Shown: in pieces, positions 11,762-25,500 of the stretch
Layout of the letters: every line of letters begins with the position of its first letter
Numbering within the stretch: position 1 is the first letter of the stretch
Made by a program: the position numbers and the translations under genes
The notes under the pieces: model-generated
Databases searched by the model: none
Told to the model about the DNA's origin: nothing
Seen by the model: the letters and a program-made list of their open reading frames with translations, nothing else
Assembly: GCF_964204645.1 (NCBI RefSeq)
Contig: NC_134026.1
Coordinates: 28,244,150-28,308,149 of the forward strand
DNA from: Tubulanus polymorphus
Taxonomy: Eukaryota > Animalia > Nemertea
Direction of reading: 5' to 3'
DNA length: 64,000 nt

Positions 11762-13409
11762 ATGTCAAAGACCGGAACCGTGAGACCACTTGGCGTTGTC
11801 CGCCTTAAAAAATCTGAACCTCACGATATCGGAAAAATCGTCGGGTGTTCTATGCAGATACCGCCTCAAAAAGAAAAAGATACTTATCGTAAAGAAGATC
11901 GTGTGACTCCTCCATCAAACTACTCCAGCAAGAGAAGCAGCATATCTTCCATATCGAGTAATGGCGACATAGGTGAAAAAACATGTATTAATTGTAAAGG
12001 TGAAAAGGAAAAAGAATCGCAGTTGAAAAATGCACTGGTAAATATCTTGGACTGAAGGCATTTCACAACGCTGTATTATCTTTGTGTATAAAAGATCGAT
12101 GTTTGATTTTTTGCTCTAGGCTAGGGAGAAAAAACTGAAACAGAAGGTAGTTGAATTTGAAAAACTTGCCAGTAAGTCAAAAGAAGAAATATCGAGTCAA
12201 GTGATAACAATAGAGCAGTTAACAAGTGAATTAAACAGCAATCTTGAACAGGTAGACAATAATTGCCAGTTAACTCGATGCGAGTCTGATTCATATTCCA
12301 TGAGAGTTGCTATTCTATTGATTTATTATTCAGTGTTCTTCTTGGAAAGAGAAGTACGAAAGAGAAAAAGCAGCACATGAAGAAACTAAATGTTCATTAA
12401 CGTCCGTTGAAATGGATCTAGACACTTTAAAACAGCAACATGAGAATTTGAAAATATCCCATGCTAAAGAAATACAACAGTTGAAGGATACAGTAAGCTA
12501 TATTTTCTTCAGAGTTGATGTTCGTTTCTATAGATTCAAATGAAAAATGAATGATGATATTTTTAGCTTGAAAAGAAAATTAGAGATTTAGAAGAGAAAT
12601 ATAAGAAAGAGCTTGATGAACGTGACCAAAAACTGGCACGATTGAAACGCCAAATGGCAGATTCATTACAGGGAAATTCTTGGTAAGTGCGATTTTAAGC
12701 TCGCCTTCTTTAAGAATCCATATCTAGGCCTTGAGTTAAGATTTTTACAAAGAGTTAATTGATATAATCATTTTAGGGAGCGTCAACAACAATTAGAGGA
12801 ATTAACAAAAGAACTGTCTCGTATACAGGATGAGGCTGAAACGTTGAGGATGAAACTGAAGCAAAGTAGACGGGCTTCACAGGTTTGTTTCAATACATTC
12901 GTATGAGAACATTTCATTGGTCTGATCAAAGTGAAAAACATAAGCCGCATTAACGCAATCAGTTGGTCCATGCTGATTTGGCCCATAGCTGGAACTGACC
13001 AATTTAGAATGGACCTAGTTGATGTTGTTCATTAACACGTTTTTAAATCTGCTGTTCCTCACTGGTCCAGATAGATGCAGCACTGTGATCGACAGGAAAT
13101 TGGAGTAAAGTTTCTATTCATTCACAGAGAAATGGTCTGTTCTAAGATTTAGAATGGACCTGGATCGATTTTTTTTGGTTTGTCTAAATCGGTCTGTTCT
13201 AAAACAATATGTTCGAACTAAATTTAGAACTTTCTAAATATGTGTGAACGCATATGATATCAAAATGAATACAGGCCACATTTTCCATACTTTTCCAGGA
13301 TTGCCAGATGTGTCAGAGTCTTTCAGCTAAATTAGAAGCAGCAAACAAAACGATAAAGGAAAAAAATAAGCTCATGAATGAGTTGAGAACGAAACTGGAT
13401 AAGTCGTGA
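11762..13409 (+). CDS. Uncharacterised coiled-coil protein, 6 exons: 11762-12037, 12120-12251, 12334-12492, 12567-12682, 12777-12882, 13299-13409
   Basis: Canonical splice sites keep the frame open. The E/K/L-rich heptad sequence is flanked by CINC and CQMC. ETS-type acttccgg/tttccgg sites lie at about 11446-11466, divergent from the calpain. Confidence 0.75.
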
Positions 13410-14394
13410 ATTGAATTGTGATATATATGAACAAAGATTTTAAAAACGGATTTATATGGAATATTTTTTACAAAGAGTATTATTTGATTATGTTTATTAG
13501 AGTTTATTGCAAGCATTGCTAAGGAGCTGTTTCCAAAATAAAAATCTACATTTCTCTGTTGAAATTTATTATATACAGTTATGTAAATTCCGTCCAAGTC
13601 TACCCCCAGTTGTCCATCTGTGTTCCATACAGATATGCTAATTTTATAAGCTTATATTACATTTTTATCAGATATTAATAATTAATTCCATAGAATAGTT
13701 TTAAAAAGGAATCTTCCTCTAGTCACAGTAGTATCGGTATATGTGTTGCTATTCTATGTGTAGTTCTGGTTAGGGAGGATCCTTTTAGAATGTAAATGCC
13801 ATTATAATGTACATTTTTTCTAAGATGAATATTTTTGGAAATAATTTATTAGTAAATTATAGTCTGTCAATTCCACTGTTGGTAATCAGACTTAGATCAT
13901 CATTCCGTAGAATGATATTTATCTCCACCAAAAATATCATTTCACCAGTACCAATAGATCTTTCCCAATAGTTTCAGTGTTGTTTTGTCCCTTTCATGTG
14001 TAAGTTCTTCCATCACATGAGATTAATACTAACATTTGTTGTGTGAAGCAGATCATTTCACAATATCAATTCATAAAAGCAGTGATTAATTGTTAATTTT
14101 TCTCACTTGCCATTTTTAATAAGATTTACCCTCGGTAGTATCAAATAAACTATTTCAACTTTAATTTTACTGTTTTTATTCTTGTTTTATTTGTTTTGAG
14201 GATGTGCAATGCACATGGTTTATAGTAGTAGTAAGACTTGAAGCAGTTTTAGGATCATCCACCATCTACTATCCGGAGAAAAACGTTAACGTCGTTTAGG
14301 ATATATATACAGATCACCTTAAATCGTTACTTGGAAACTTCTTCAATAAGTGTTTTGTGAATCGTCAATTCGCACTGCTGTTATACGAAGTGTT

Positions 14395-14496
14395 ACTCTC
14401 ATCGACAACATTTTCACTACTGGTAATAATCAAGAACAATATTATTCAGGTATCCTTACAACAAGGCTCTCCCATCATTTTATTACTTTTGCTTGC
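14395..14496 (+). mobile_element. Relic of a LINE (CR1/L2-like) apurinic endonuclease domain
   Basis: In-frame TLIDNIFTTGNNQEQYYSGILTTRLSHHFITF resembles the APE motifs TLIDNIF...SGIL...SDH, with SDH decayed to SHH. Confidence 0.6.
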
Positions 14497-15283
14497 AGTA
14501 CATCATTAAAACGAACCCAAAAATAGGTTACAAACTGCAAATGGCAATCATTCACGTGGCAAATCCTTGAAGAAATAATTGGAAAAACCAACATCAAAAG
14601 GGACACAGCTCACTCATTTAAAATAGATACTACCAACCAAACAAAACCAACATTTTAATAACATAGGTAAGAATCTAACCGATAATCGGAAAAAACCTCA
14701 CTCACCACCAGAATATTACGTGTACTGTAAAATCCCCAGATTAAACGCAAACTTTTTCTTGCGAAAATGAGGTAAATTAAGCAGTGCCGAGCCTCAAACA
14801 AACAGGCAAAGACAACAACGCCTAGACCTTACAGAGAAGATCACTCACTAAAAACATTTCGTTCGAGTTCGTTCCCACGAAAAAAAAATTATTTTTCACT
14901 ATGTCACCTCCGGGGGCTTCGCGACCCGTTACATTTTTGTGCAAAGTATTTTAGATTTTTACTGTGCGAACGAGAAAATCATCATACGATATCATACAGT
15001 CGATTTCAAATTACTATAAATTCCAAACCAATTAGTTATTTGACACCGTTAGTACACGGTTAGCGTCATCGAGTACTTTCCTAATTGGTAACCGAATTCA
15101 GCTTTGGCTAATATGGAAATGAAATACGTATATACTTATACTCACTGTTTATCAAATAGATGCACGTGTCAGTAGTCGTACGGAGACCGATGTATAACTA
15201 TTCGTTTCACGAGTGTCTTCGATGTTCCCTCAATCTTCTTATCGGTTTGTATATTTCACTTTCTGACGTTGTCATTACATAGA

Positions 15284-16267
15284 ATGAATGAAACAGATCA
15301 GACGCGTAACGCAGAATTGAAGGAAAATGTTCACTATGCTATAACATATATTGTACTACCAACTATATTCATTATCGGGACAATTGGTAATATTTTATCT
15401 TTGCGAATTCTACTGGTGCCGAGATTCCGCTTTCGCGATACATCAGTCGGTGTATATTTAGTAGCTCTCGCTTTTTCTGATATTAACGTCATCTGTTTTT
15501 ATTTGCCGGTTTTATTTCTACGAATTCATTACGATCAGCAAATTCTATCAACTCCATTCTGTAGATTATATCAAGTACTCGGCGGTGGTTCGTCTTCAAC
15601 CTCCAGTTTGATACTGGCTTTAATGAGTATAGACCGGTTTATAGCAGTCAGATTCCCGTTGAAAGCTAAAGTTCTCTGTACTAAGAGAAAAGCTTATATC
15701 TTCACACTATGTATAGTTTTATTAGGAATACTTAGGGTTATTCCACAAGGGATTTTGGCGGGAGCCCGTGTAGACGTAGAGGGTTTCAATGATTGCGTTT
15801 CACGATTAAATAAAGAAGTTCCCAAGATATTTTCACGGATTTTTATGGCCTTTTCAAATTTAATATTTGTGCTGACATTACCACTTTTTCTGGTAGTAAT
15901 ATCTAATGTTGCTATGTTGATTTCGTTTAGACGACAAATGTCATTTAGACAAACGATCTCAGAAAGTAACGCTTCATCGTCATTATCATCTTCACTAAAC
16001 GGAATTGTGGTGACGATTTCAATTTTTTTAATTGTAACTCATTTTCCATTTCTTATGTATAATTTGCACGTGTGGACGGCACGTTACATATCTCTGTCCG
16101 ATAAAGTGCAATTTTTCTTTCGAGTTCTACTGTATCAAATATCTCGAGCTTCCTTGATAATGAATTCAGCCATTAATTTCTATCTCTATTGCCTGAGTTC
16201 AAGTCGTTTCAGAATATGTGCCAGATGTGTAATTCTAGGAACCAGAGCGGGTAAAACTGCAACGTAA
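15284..16267 (+). CDS. Intronless class A (rhodopsin-like) GPCR, neuropeptide/chemoreceptor-like
   Basis: Seven hydrophobic segments with TM1 GN, TM2 LAFSD, TM3 C...SIDRFIAVRFPL and TM7 NSAINFYLY, plus an N-terminal NET sequon. The first ATG is at 15284. Confidence 0.88.
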   Translation: MNETDQTRNAELKENVHYAITYIVLPTIFIIGTIGNILSLRILLVPRFRFRDTSVGVYLVALAFSDINVICFYLPVLFLRIHYDQQILSTPFCRLYQVLGGGSSSTSSLILALMSIDRFIAVRFPLKAKVLCTKRKAYIFTLCIVLLGILRVIPQGILAGARVDVEGFNDCVSRLNKEVPKIFSRIFMAFSNLIFVLTLPLFLVVISNVAMLISFRRQMSFRQTISESNASSSLSSSLNGIVVTISIFLIVTHFPFLMYNLHVWTARYISLSDKVQFFFRVLLYQISRASLIMNSAINFYLYCLSSSRFRICARCVILGTRAGKTAT

Positions 16268-17057
16268 CCTACGGGTAACGATTAGCAATCATGACTATCA
16301 TTTGAAACATTTAGATATCTTTGAACTCCAGCAGCGAAATACAATTTGTTTTTTTAATCACTTCATGTCTCCAATGTCAATACACACGAAATATGCTTTC
16401 AATACAAGAAAACAGCATTTACTTTACCAGAGACTTAGGCAAAGGCATAGTGATATGGCCAGGTGCCCGAGACGCAAACATTTAGATCAAAACCCATTCA
16501 ATGCCTCGTAAAACCGCAATAGGAAATTTACTTGTTGTCCCCCGTTTGAGGCATTTCTTCAAACCTGACGATGGTCTCTTGCGAGTCCGAAACACGTCTT
16601 GATTTCTATTTTTTGATCAATGAATTTCGTTCTTTATTCTTTGAAATAGAGGTGAAGTGTTGCTCTCTGAATAAATCCTGGATGGCGGTTTATCTGGAAC
16701 GGTATGTCGGGCTTGACTGTAGATTCAATGATAATAAAACATCAACTGGAATATTGGCATCAGAACTCAAATCTTTCCTCAAACCGAACATCCTCGAATA
16801 AAAGGAAAAACCAGCATTTTTTCAAATTAACCACTTTACTTGTTCGAACTTCATAACATTCTTTACGTAGTTTACATAATTATACGACAAAAAACTAAAT
16901 ATTCAACAAGTCTATTGTAATAGTGGAATGACATTTAATCTCAGATAATATCAATAGAATTCTGTAATTGAGATTGCTATTAACATGAATACTTATACGA
17001 AGTAAACGATAGCAATAAGCGCACAGTCTATATATACATACATGTGTACATGCTAAT

Positions 17058-17283
17058 TAGGCTAAACAAAATTGATACCTTGTTTCTACGCTCTGCTGAG
17101 CTTAAATGTTGACCCGGCCGGCCGCCTATCTACCCTATACATTACTTTTTTTTAAAATCGTGATCAATTTTACCATAAGAGACCCGGCCGCTATAGAAAT
17201 GAACTGTTTATAAATTTTATCATATTTTACAAAAATGACCTGGCCGCTGCGGAGAAACAAGGTATCATTTTTGTTTAGCCTTA
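17058..17283. mobile_element. MITE-like element
   Basis: About 30-bp TIRs aggctaaacaaaattgataccttgtttct / agaaacaaggtatcatttttgtttagcct, with three internal gacc(c/t)ggccg motifs. Confidence 0.7.
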
Positions 17284-17577
17284 CCATAAAACAGTGACCA
17301 GCACTCTTTTCCGATTAAACAATATTACCATATAAAATTCATGTCATGTACATACCAGTATACCATGATATTGACCGAATCCCTTCTTCAGATTGAACTT
17401 TTCAGTGGACAGACCCTAACAGTAACTATCCAATCATAGAGACAATTAACTCACAATAACCCAGTTAAAAATCTATTGTAAAACATTTAAGAATAAATAC
17501 GACATAAAACAATACTACGATTGAGAAGATGAACACATTACTGTTTTTTAACGACAACATTTCAACAAAAGTTTTGA

Positions 17578-19350
17578 TCAATCAGATTTGATTCCAGCTG
17601 CCTCCCTTTCTGCTGCATCAATGGCGCCCATATTCAGACTGGCTGCGTACAAGTGAATTAGGCTAATACCAGTTTTAACTATCGCGACTGGGGCCGACAA
17701 AACACAAAGCACTTGCCAGAGTCCAATTCCAAACACTATAATTACATGAACAAAGATTTAGATGATTAAAAAAACTGCAAAAAAGTTCATTATACATAAT
17801 GTGTTAATATTGATACTTACAGGCTGGCCCAATAGTGAAATGACACAAATATAACATACTGAAAAACATCTCATTACCAGCACACATCGAGAAGAGGACA
17901 GGCTGAAATTATAAATCGTTAAGTTTAAAATAGCTTTGATTCATCATTATTAAACAATTACATCAAGTTTGAATGTATACATGTATAGAGATGACATACC
18001 CGAGATGTGTAGTATAATCTCAGAACAGGGTTGCCTTCCAGATCAATACTTTTGTGACTCGTTGAACCTTTCATAGTAGACCTGAAAAATAACAATATTA
18101 TCAGCGTTCATTTCATAATCCATTCATTTTGTGATACATTACGAAAACAAGGTTTTATATACAAAATCTCTTCTCACCCAAAAATGAACCCTAGCCCTAA
18201 CACCTTTCCATAAACTTAATAGACAGTAGAAAGTGAATTTCGTTTTGCCATGGAATATCCTCAATTCGAAAACTAATGATCTGTTTTACTGAATAAAGTT
18301 GAAGATATTGACTTCTTTTTTGAAAACCTTGACAGTTTCCAATTCATATGGATTATGTTGACTCACCAAAATTTTACTTTCAAACTTTCTAATTACTGCA
18401 TGGTCAAAAAGAAATTCACTTTTAAATCCAATTTTGTAACAATTAATTCTGCAGAGACATTCCTTTTAGGCCTATATGTGTTTGTGGTATTATGTATGGT
18501 AATTATTTCATATAAAGTGACTTATAAGTCTAAATTAGGGCTGGGTATCAATCTTTATGTTATATTCATGTTCATATATGATGTACATACATGTCACTAT
18601 AATTTGAATAAATAGAAATGTGTACCTTAACAGGAAAATTTTACAGATTTTAACAGAGCTGGAAAGTTAATTCTTATGGGAGATCTAAGAATAGCTACTT
18701 TGTTTCATACAACTTACGCATGTAAATGAAGCCAATGACTGGCAATATCAATAGTCATATTCAGTTGGAAAAGGAACATCCAACTAGGATAGAAACTTGA
18801 CAACGTAACCAGTAGACACATAGTAGCACATCTATCCGTCAGCATATCTAACATTGCTCCAAACTTTGTCCCTGAAATAGGAAAAAATTAAATATAGGCC
18901 TATCAATTATTGCAATGCCTTTTAAAACCAAAAAGGTTCTTTTACATAGACATTTTTTCTAAATTTTACCTTGATTCAGCGTCCGAGCCGCGTGACCATC
19001 AAATGCATCTAGTAGAGCACTGATTGCGTAACACCAAGTGGCGGTCACGTAGTCAGTCGCCATAAACCAAAATGAAACCAGCGCCAAAAATATTCTCGCA
19101 TATCCTTTCGGGGGAGAAGATAGAAAGTCATAGATTAATAAACGCCAATATGTCACGACATGTCAATGAATGATCTCAGAAGAATTCCTTCGTCTTCGAA
19201 ATGATTCAGTCACTAGTCAGTCAGAAGAGATCGATTCACATTAATTTGAATAGCTGGTATTCAACTTCATAAATTTACCTATAAGTATTAACTCCCCATT
19301 GCCAACTCACCTATTAGATTAGGAACGAAAAGGAATATATTTTCAGACAT
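17578..19350 (-). CDS. CDIPT: Phosphatidylinositol synthase, canonical copy (copy 2), 6 exons: 19350-19311, 19104-18970, 18871-18718, 18081-18000, 17902-17821, 17735-17578; 216 aa
   Basis: MSENIFLFVPNLIGYARI...LLDAFDGHAARTLNQGTKFGAMLDMLTDRC...SHKSIDLEGNPVLRLYYTSRP...CAGNE. Exon sizes are identical to copy 1. Confidence 0.93.
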
Positions 19351-19556
19351 ATTTTGTCAGCTGTTTTCAGGGAGAACTAGCAGCCCAAATTTATTAGGGA
19401 TATGGACGATAATAAATGCATGTACAGCTTTTACTTCCGGGTGACCACGGTGAACTGGAACGAGGAGTCCTTTTCGAATCCGGAACTGACTTCACTGGGA
19501 TTCGAACCCAGAGTATGCTCGTGCTCGGTGACCCGTCCGTTGCGTAGTAAACAAAT
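19351..19556. promoter_or_regulatory. Bidirectional promoter between CDIPT copy 2 and AHI1
   Basis: The ATGs are about 205 bp apart. Motifs include ETS-type acttccgg (about 19433), X-box-like gttgcgtagtaaac (about 19539) and YY1-like atatggcgg over the AHI1 start. Confidence 0.6.
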
Positions 19557-22500
19557 ATGGCGGATCTTGGTATGTAGATTCCAAAAATATTTCGAAATTT
19601 TACGCCTGAAAATCTAGCCGGTAAGTTTTGATTCACCTATTTTTAGAAAGGGCAGTCGATAAAGTGAAAAGACGAAAAAGAACAAAAACTGGCGATAAAG
19701 AAAATCACGAAGAAGAAACGATGCCGCTCTGTAAGTTGATATTGGGAGTTTTTTCGAATCGATTCGAAGAAGTTGAAGTTGAACGGGTAGGATTTTCCTG
19801 GGGAATCGACATTTGATTGATCGCATCTGGATGCGTTTAAATTTTGAATTATTGTCTTTTCATACAGCACCACCAAGATCAAAAGAAAGAACCAAAGGAA
19901 GCATAGAAAATCTATTGAAGCAAGCTACTGAAGGCAACATGTAGGCTATGTAGTGTAGTAGTATAGGCTAATAAGGCTAAGCATCCTCAGTCAATTTATC
20001 TAATGTCTATTTATTAATTGATGAGACCTGTTTTTCTGGGATATTTTGTTTACTTTTTGGGGTACATACCTCATTTATGTCTTAACAGAATGCCAAAAAT
20101 CGCGGACAACAACTGAATATCCCATATATTTCCAGTTCTGTACCAATTAGATGGATTGACAAAAAGACTCCTTAAGTCCAGTTGAATGAGAGAGAAAATC
20201 CTCCATTTTGTCAAATTTCTTGGATTTGAACATTGTTACCATGCCTACGCCACCCTGATTTAGTTGTTGAGACCCCACAAGAAAAATAACTTCATTTCGT
20301 AGGCATGGTGACAATGTAAAAATTCAAGAAATTTCACAAAATGGAGGATTTTCTCTCTCATTCAATTGGCCTTAAGGAGTCTTTTTGCCAATCCATCTAA
20401 TTGGTACAGAACTGGAAATATATCGGATATTCAGTTGTTGTCCGCGATTTTTGGCATTCTGTAAAGACATAAATGAGGTATGTACCCCAAAAAGTAAGCA
20501 AAATATCCAAGAAAAACAGGTCTCATCCATTAATAAATAGACATTAGGCCTAGGGTTGGTTAGGTTTTAAAAAAGTTAACATTGATTTTTCCAGTGAAAC
20601 TACAGAAACCACTAAGAAGAAGAAAAAGAAACCAAAACCTAGTCTACAAGTAAGTTCCTTAAAGATCTAGGGTATATTTTTCTTAAATCTTGTTAGGCCT
20701 ATAGCATTTTTTATCTCATTGAACCTCAGGTGAAAAGTTTATCAAGTTGATCATTATTTACTGATTTTTAGAAGCCTGATGATGATGATGATACTGCCCT
20801 TATAAAAAACAAGACCGAAAAGACTCCTAAGAAACGACTGGAAAAATCTAAATTGGACGGATCAGAAAATCCTGCTTTTGAAGGCGAGAGCAGCAAGCCA
20901 GTGAAATCTGCTAAGAAAAAGAAACCAAAAAAAGAAGAACAGTAAGAATCATTTAAAGACTTCAATTAATCGGATTTTTAAGAATAGAATGAATAGTAAG
21001 TTATATTATGATCGTTTGAAATAGGGAAGAAACTAAAACTGAAGATGAAGATGTGTCAAAAGAAACTGCTAAAGGAAAACGTATTCCTCGCAGGTTGGTT
21101 TAGCACAATATGAATCAAAGTCTTAGGGTTCTTATAGATCAGCGAAATCGAGAAAAATCCTGCAATTCCAGATTTATGTCGCCCTTTCTTAAAAATCAGG
21201 GAAAAGTTAGGAAATTTGTGTCTTACTGTAGCCTACTTGCTGGTGACAAAATGCACAGCGATTTTCTTGATAAGAAACAGCCCCCTGAAGATTTAATCGG
21301 GGAATTTTTACTTTAGTCAAGGAAAATCCGATTTGTAAGAACCCTAAAAATGTCCGATCCTGAATATCATCATTATAGGCCTAATACTATTTTGATATAA
21401 TTTCAATCACAGGAAGAAGTCTCCGCAAAGAAGTTCATCGAAGGAAGTTCTTGAGAAAGAAGACGAAGAAGAAGAGAAACCGGTTGCTAAAGTTCGTAAA
21501 AAGAAAAAGAAACAAGCGACAGGTGGAAGTCAGGACGAAGCTGAAAAAGTAATTTATTATTGTTACTGTTAGTCTATCCGCAACATTCAGTATTCTCCAT
21601 GCATCTCATTTATCCTTTGGTGGATAATATTGTGTCTGCTAAAGTAGGCAAGCTTTTGGTGTCGGGGATAATACAGAAAATTAAGCTTGATTTTGGCATA
21701 ATCTGCTATTTTTCTTATTAACTTATTAGTTTAGCCTATAAAGCATTCATTGTTTTAAAGCATTGATAGAATTGACATCATAATGAGGGCAGCAGATATT
21801 TCTAAAAAGTAGTGACATATTCAGAGGGTTAGATATTGTTTATTGAGTGAAAGTTTTACATAATTTGTATGATATAACAGTTAGATGTAAAAGTGAAAGC
21901 TCTTGTGGAGATAATCACTATTTGTTTCTGTTTGATGATATTGTAGGAAGACGAGGTGCAAGATGAAACCATTGAAGCAGATAAAAAGGGAAAGAAACCT
22001 CGGCGTAAAAAGAAAGGTATTTTTCATTCATCGTCTGTTTGAGCAACTTTACCTCATCGGAATAACAAACGCTAGTGATACATGATGTGCAAATAATTTG
22101 TAGATAAAGCGAAAGAGGATGAAACTGCTGAAACAGTAGAAGATGATGTTCCCGAAGAGGAAAAACCACCTCCGATTCCGGATGAAGGCAAAGTTTTGGG
22201 AGTGAATATACATCGGACGGATAAATTGAAGACAGATTTATCAGTGTCGCATCCTCTAGTCAGAGTCCACGTTGTAAATAGCGAGACTGGAACATATTTA
22301 CCTAAACAAAGCAGGTTAGAGTCATCTCTTGTGAAATCTGTTTGTCTAATCTTGGTAAGCGCTCGTCTTATCATATTTTCTTCTATTTTTATCTAGTGGA
22401 CGACCTGTGACGTCGTATTATGAAACTCAAAATGATCACGTTAACTTCGTGTTACCGATGATGAGCCAACCGTACGATTTCAAAAAACACCAGTCAACTA

Positions 22501-25500
22501 TTCCTGTGTGGGAAGAATTAATATTGTTTAATGAGAATTACAACTACTTTTTGAATGAAGAGTCAAATGTTATACTGTTCTTTGAGGTATATTCCAGTGT
22601 CTATATATTCACATCGTCAGGGTTTCTATATATATTTTTTTCTAATTCATGTATATACCTAATACATCTTCGTAGTTGTTGGATTTCTTAACGATGAACC
22701 AAGCGAAAGAACGTTATGATTATGTCGGACAGGATGGAGGATGGCATCATATTGCTTGGGGTTTCCTGAAGGTAAATAGGAAACCCGCTTCACTAAAAGA
22801 TTCTATATATAAATGATTTTGTATGCAGCGATATAGATTTTTACTAAATCACTTTTAGTTGGTCGGTAAAAATGGTAAATTAAACTGTGATAGAAAAGTA
22901 CGTCTGCAGTTGTATGAAGTACCGAGAAGGTTTCGTCCATCTAAGACACAAGTTGAAGTACGTAAAATCTTTTTGCTAAAATTGCTTTTCATAAATGTTA
23001 AATTTTAAGAGCTATGTTCAAAATGTTGAATGATATTTGCAGGTGTTTCAGTGGTGGTTCTATGGTCCTAAGTTTCATTACCCGTCTACGATGTATGTCA
23101 CCGTGAAAGGTCTCATACCTCCTGACACCGTTCAGCCCGCTATCCGATCAATGTTTGCCACTCAAAAGGTTAGTAATCGTATTAATATGACGTTCATTTA
23201 AATCTGAAGATATGTTAGTAATTTGCGCTGTACTTTTTTCTAATAGGAAGCCGGAACCGTCAGTTACAAAGAATTAAAGAAAACTCTAACTGGACGTAGA
23301 AAAGATGGAAGGTTTGTTGAATAATAGAGTTATGAAAATATCTACATATTACTAACTGTATTGAAAAATCTTAATCTAAATTTGTTGTTTTGTTCTGATC
23401 AGAGATGAAGATAAACAACGTACGATATCAAGTTGGGGTCGCCTACCCGGTCAAATGTGTAAAATACCTAACAGTCTGTCTCTATCCCTCCCAGCTGGCA
23501 GGAAGGGTTGCTTTATAATTCGATTTTCTCACGATGGAAGGTAATTTTGACTACTTTCAATGATTTTACAATTTTGAATGACTATGATCTATAGATGAAT
23601 TTTAATGTTCTTCAACTGAATTAATTGTAGATTTTTGGCATGTGGATGTCATGATAAACAAGACTACCCTATTTTAGTGTATGAAGTGAGTGATATAAGA
23701 TCGAATTTGGCGTAAGGAATGACATTTCCATTGAAATTGAGTTAGAGCAAATTTGTTGGCTTTAAGTGAGCGTGGCATTAAAAAGGATTGCGTTATAGCA
23801 GACATTGACTGTATTCTAATTTTCTCTAGATTCCATCTGGTAAACTGCATGGCCAATTTGAAGGCCATTATGGTATCATCTATGATTTGTGTTGGTCAAG
23901 GAAGGACAAGTTTTTACTTTCTTCATCTGGGGATGGCACTTCAAGGTAACGATTGAAAAAAAGTTGTTTTTTGATTTTAAGATATTCGCCTGAACCATTG
24001 AGTTGTCTATATGTAATTCATATTTCAGAGTGTGGACAATAGGTAATTACAAGGGAAACGCTGACAAAGTTCTTCCACATCCAGCATTCGTATATACAGC
24101 AAAATATCATCCTAGAGTTCGTACAGTTATTGTTACCGGTGGATATGATTGCGTAATCAGAATCTGGGATGTCAAATCAGATGGCAACCATGGCCAGGTA
24201 GGTGTAATAATACAGGTCTGCGCATTTTGCCCTATTGCATTTTGAATTCCGAGAATACCGGCAATTGTGAATTAGATCAGTTCATTTTCAATATTTCAAG
24301 TCTGGCAAACTAGGCTATGAGGTCACATACACAATCTCTATAGGGTCCTAGGGGCTCGATCTTAAGATTGAAAATAAGATTCTGTTATTCTTAATGTTGT
24401 AAATTGCAGCTTGTTCAAGAACTAGACGAACATCTAGGATATATCAGTACGCTGTGTTTCGATGAGGATGGTCAGAAGCTGTATTCAGGTGACAGCACGG
24501 GAAGGATCAGCGTTTGGAATGTGTATGTTACTGAACAACCTACTAGAAAAGGCTTCCTTAAAAACTGGAGTAAATTCAAAGATATCGAAGAAAATGAACT
24601 AAAGGTAATTAAAGGGTTCTAAGATGGAGGATAAACAAAATCTTTGGTATCTTTCTTTAAGCTCCACAAATTTATTATAACACATCTATTTTTCAGGGCT
24701 CTGTAATTAATAATTTACAAGTTTATAACGGAGATCGTAGATTGTTGATTCATACGCGAGATAATGTGATCAGAACAATGGATCTGAGAGTGTAAGATAA
24801 TGTTTAAATGAGACCCACGAGTTCTATAACAACAGAGTTACCTTTTTCAGCTCTTTATCTTGTGGTCTCATTATAGTTATGCGGTCATGCAGCGTTATAT
24901 GGGTGCTTTGAATTTCCGTGAGCAAATAAGAAGTTGTGTGACTCCATGCGGTAGTTTTGTAATCTCCGGTAGTGAGGATGATTGTGCTTATGTATGGAAT
25001 ACTGAAACAGGTACCGTGTCTGTCTAAACCTACAGTAACTATTTGTATCCAATGTTATTCTGCTGCTAGAAACCTCTATCAACTCTGTAAACTCCGGTAG
25101 ACTTTAAGCGCTTTTGGATCAAGCTCTCTGTTCAGTTCATTCCTATAAACTCAGCAAACTACACATTACAATCTTACCTGTCCCTCAAACAATCTCTCTT
25201 CCGCTACCAATCAATGGGTTTAGCAAAGTTCAGGACACATCTAAAGACCCTCCTATTCATAGGATTCCTGCGCTATATAAATCTATTTTTCATATGAATA
25301 AAACATTGGTTTTTACAGGAGATCAAGTGGCAATTTTCTCTGAATTGAAATATAAACACACAGTATCAGACAGCGACTTCCATCCACACGATCACATGGT
25401 GGCATTCTGTTCATTCGGCGATAATCATCCAGTCCTCGTCTATACGTTCGATCCAAAAGGTTTGTCTTTAAACCTGGATCCAAAATTTGTGTTAAGATTT

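Noticed and set aside
13560-14170. Possible decayed coding sequence on the minus strand
   Set aside because: Frequent stops and no motif I can recognise, so no call can be supported.
14450-14457. GTATCCTT, a U12-type 5' splice site
   Set aside because: It falls inside the LINE endonuclease relic (SGIL codons), and no matching exon or U12 branch point was found.
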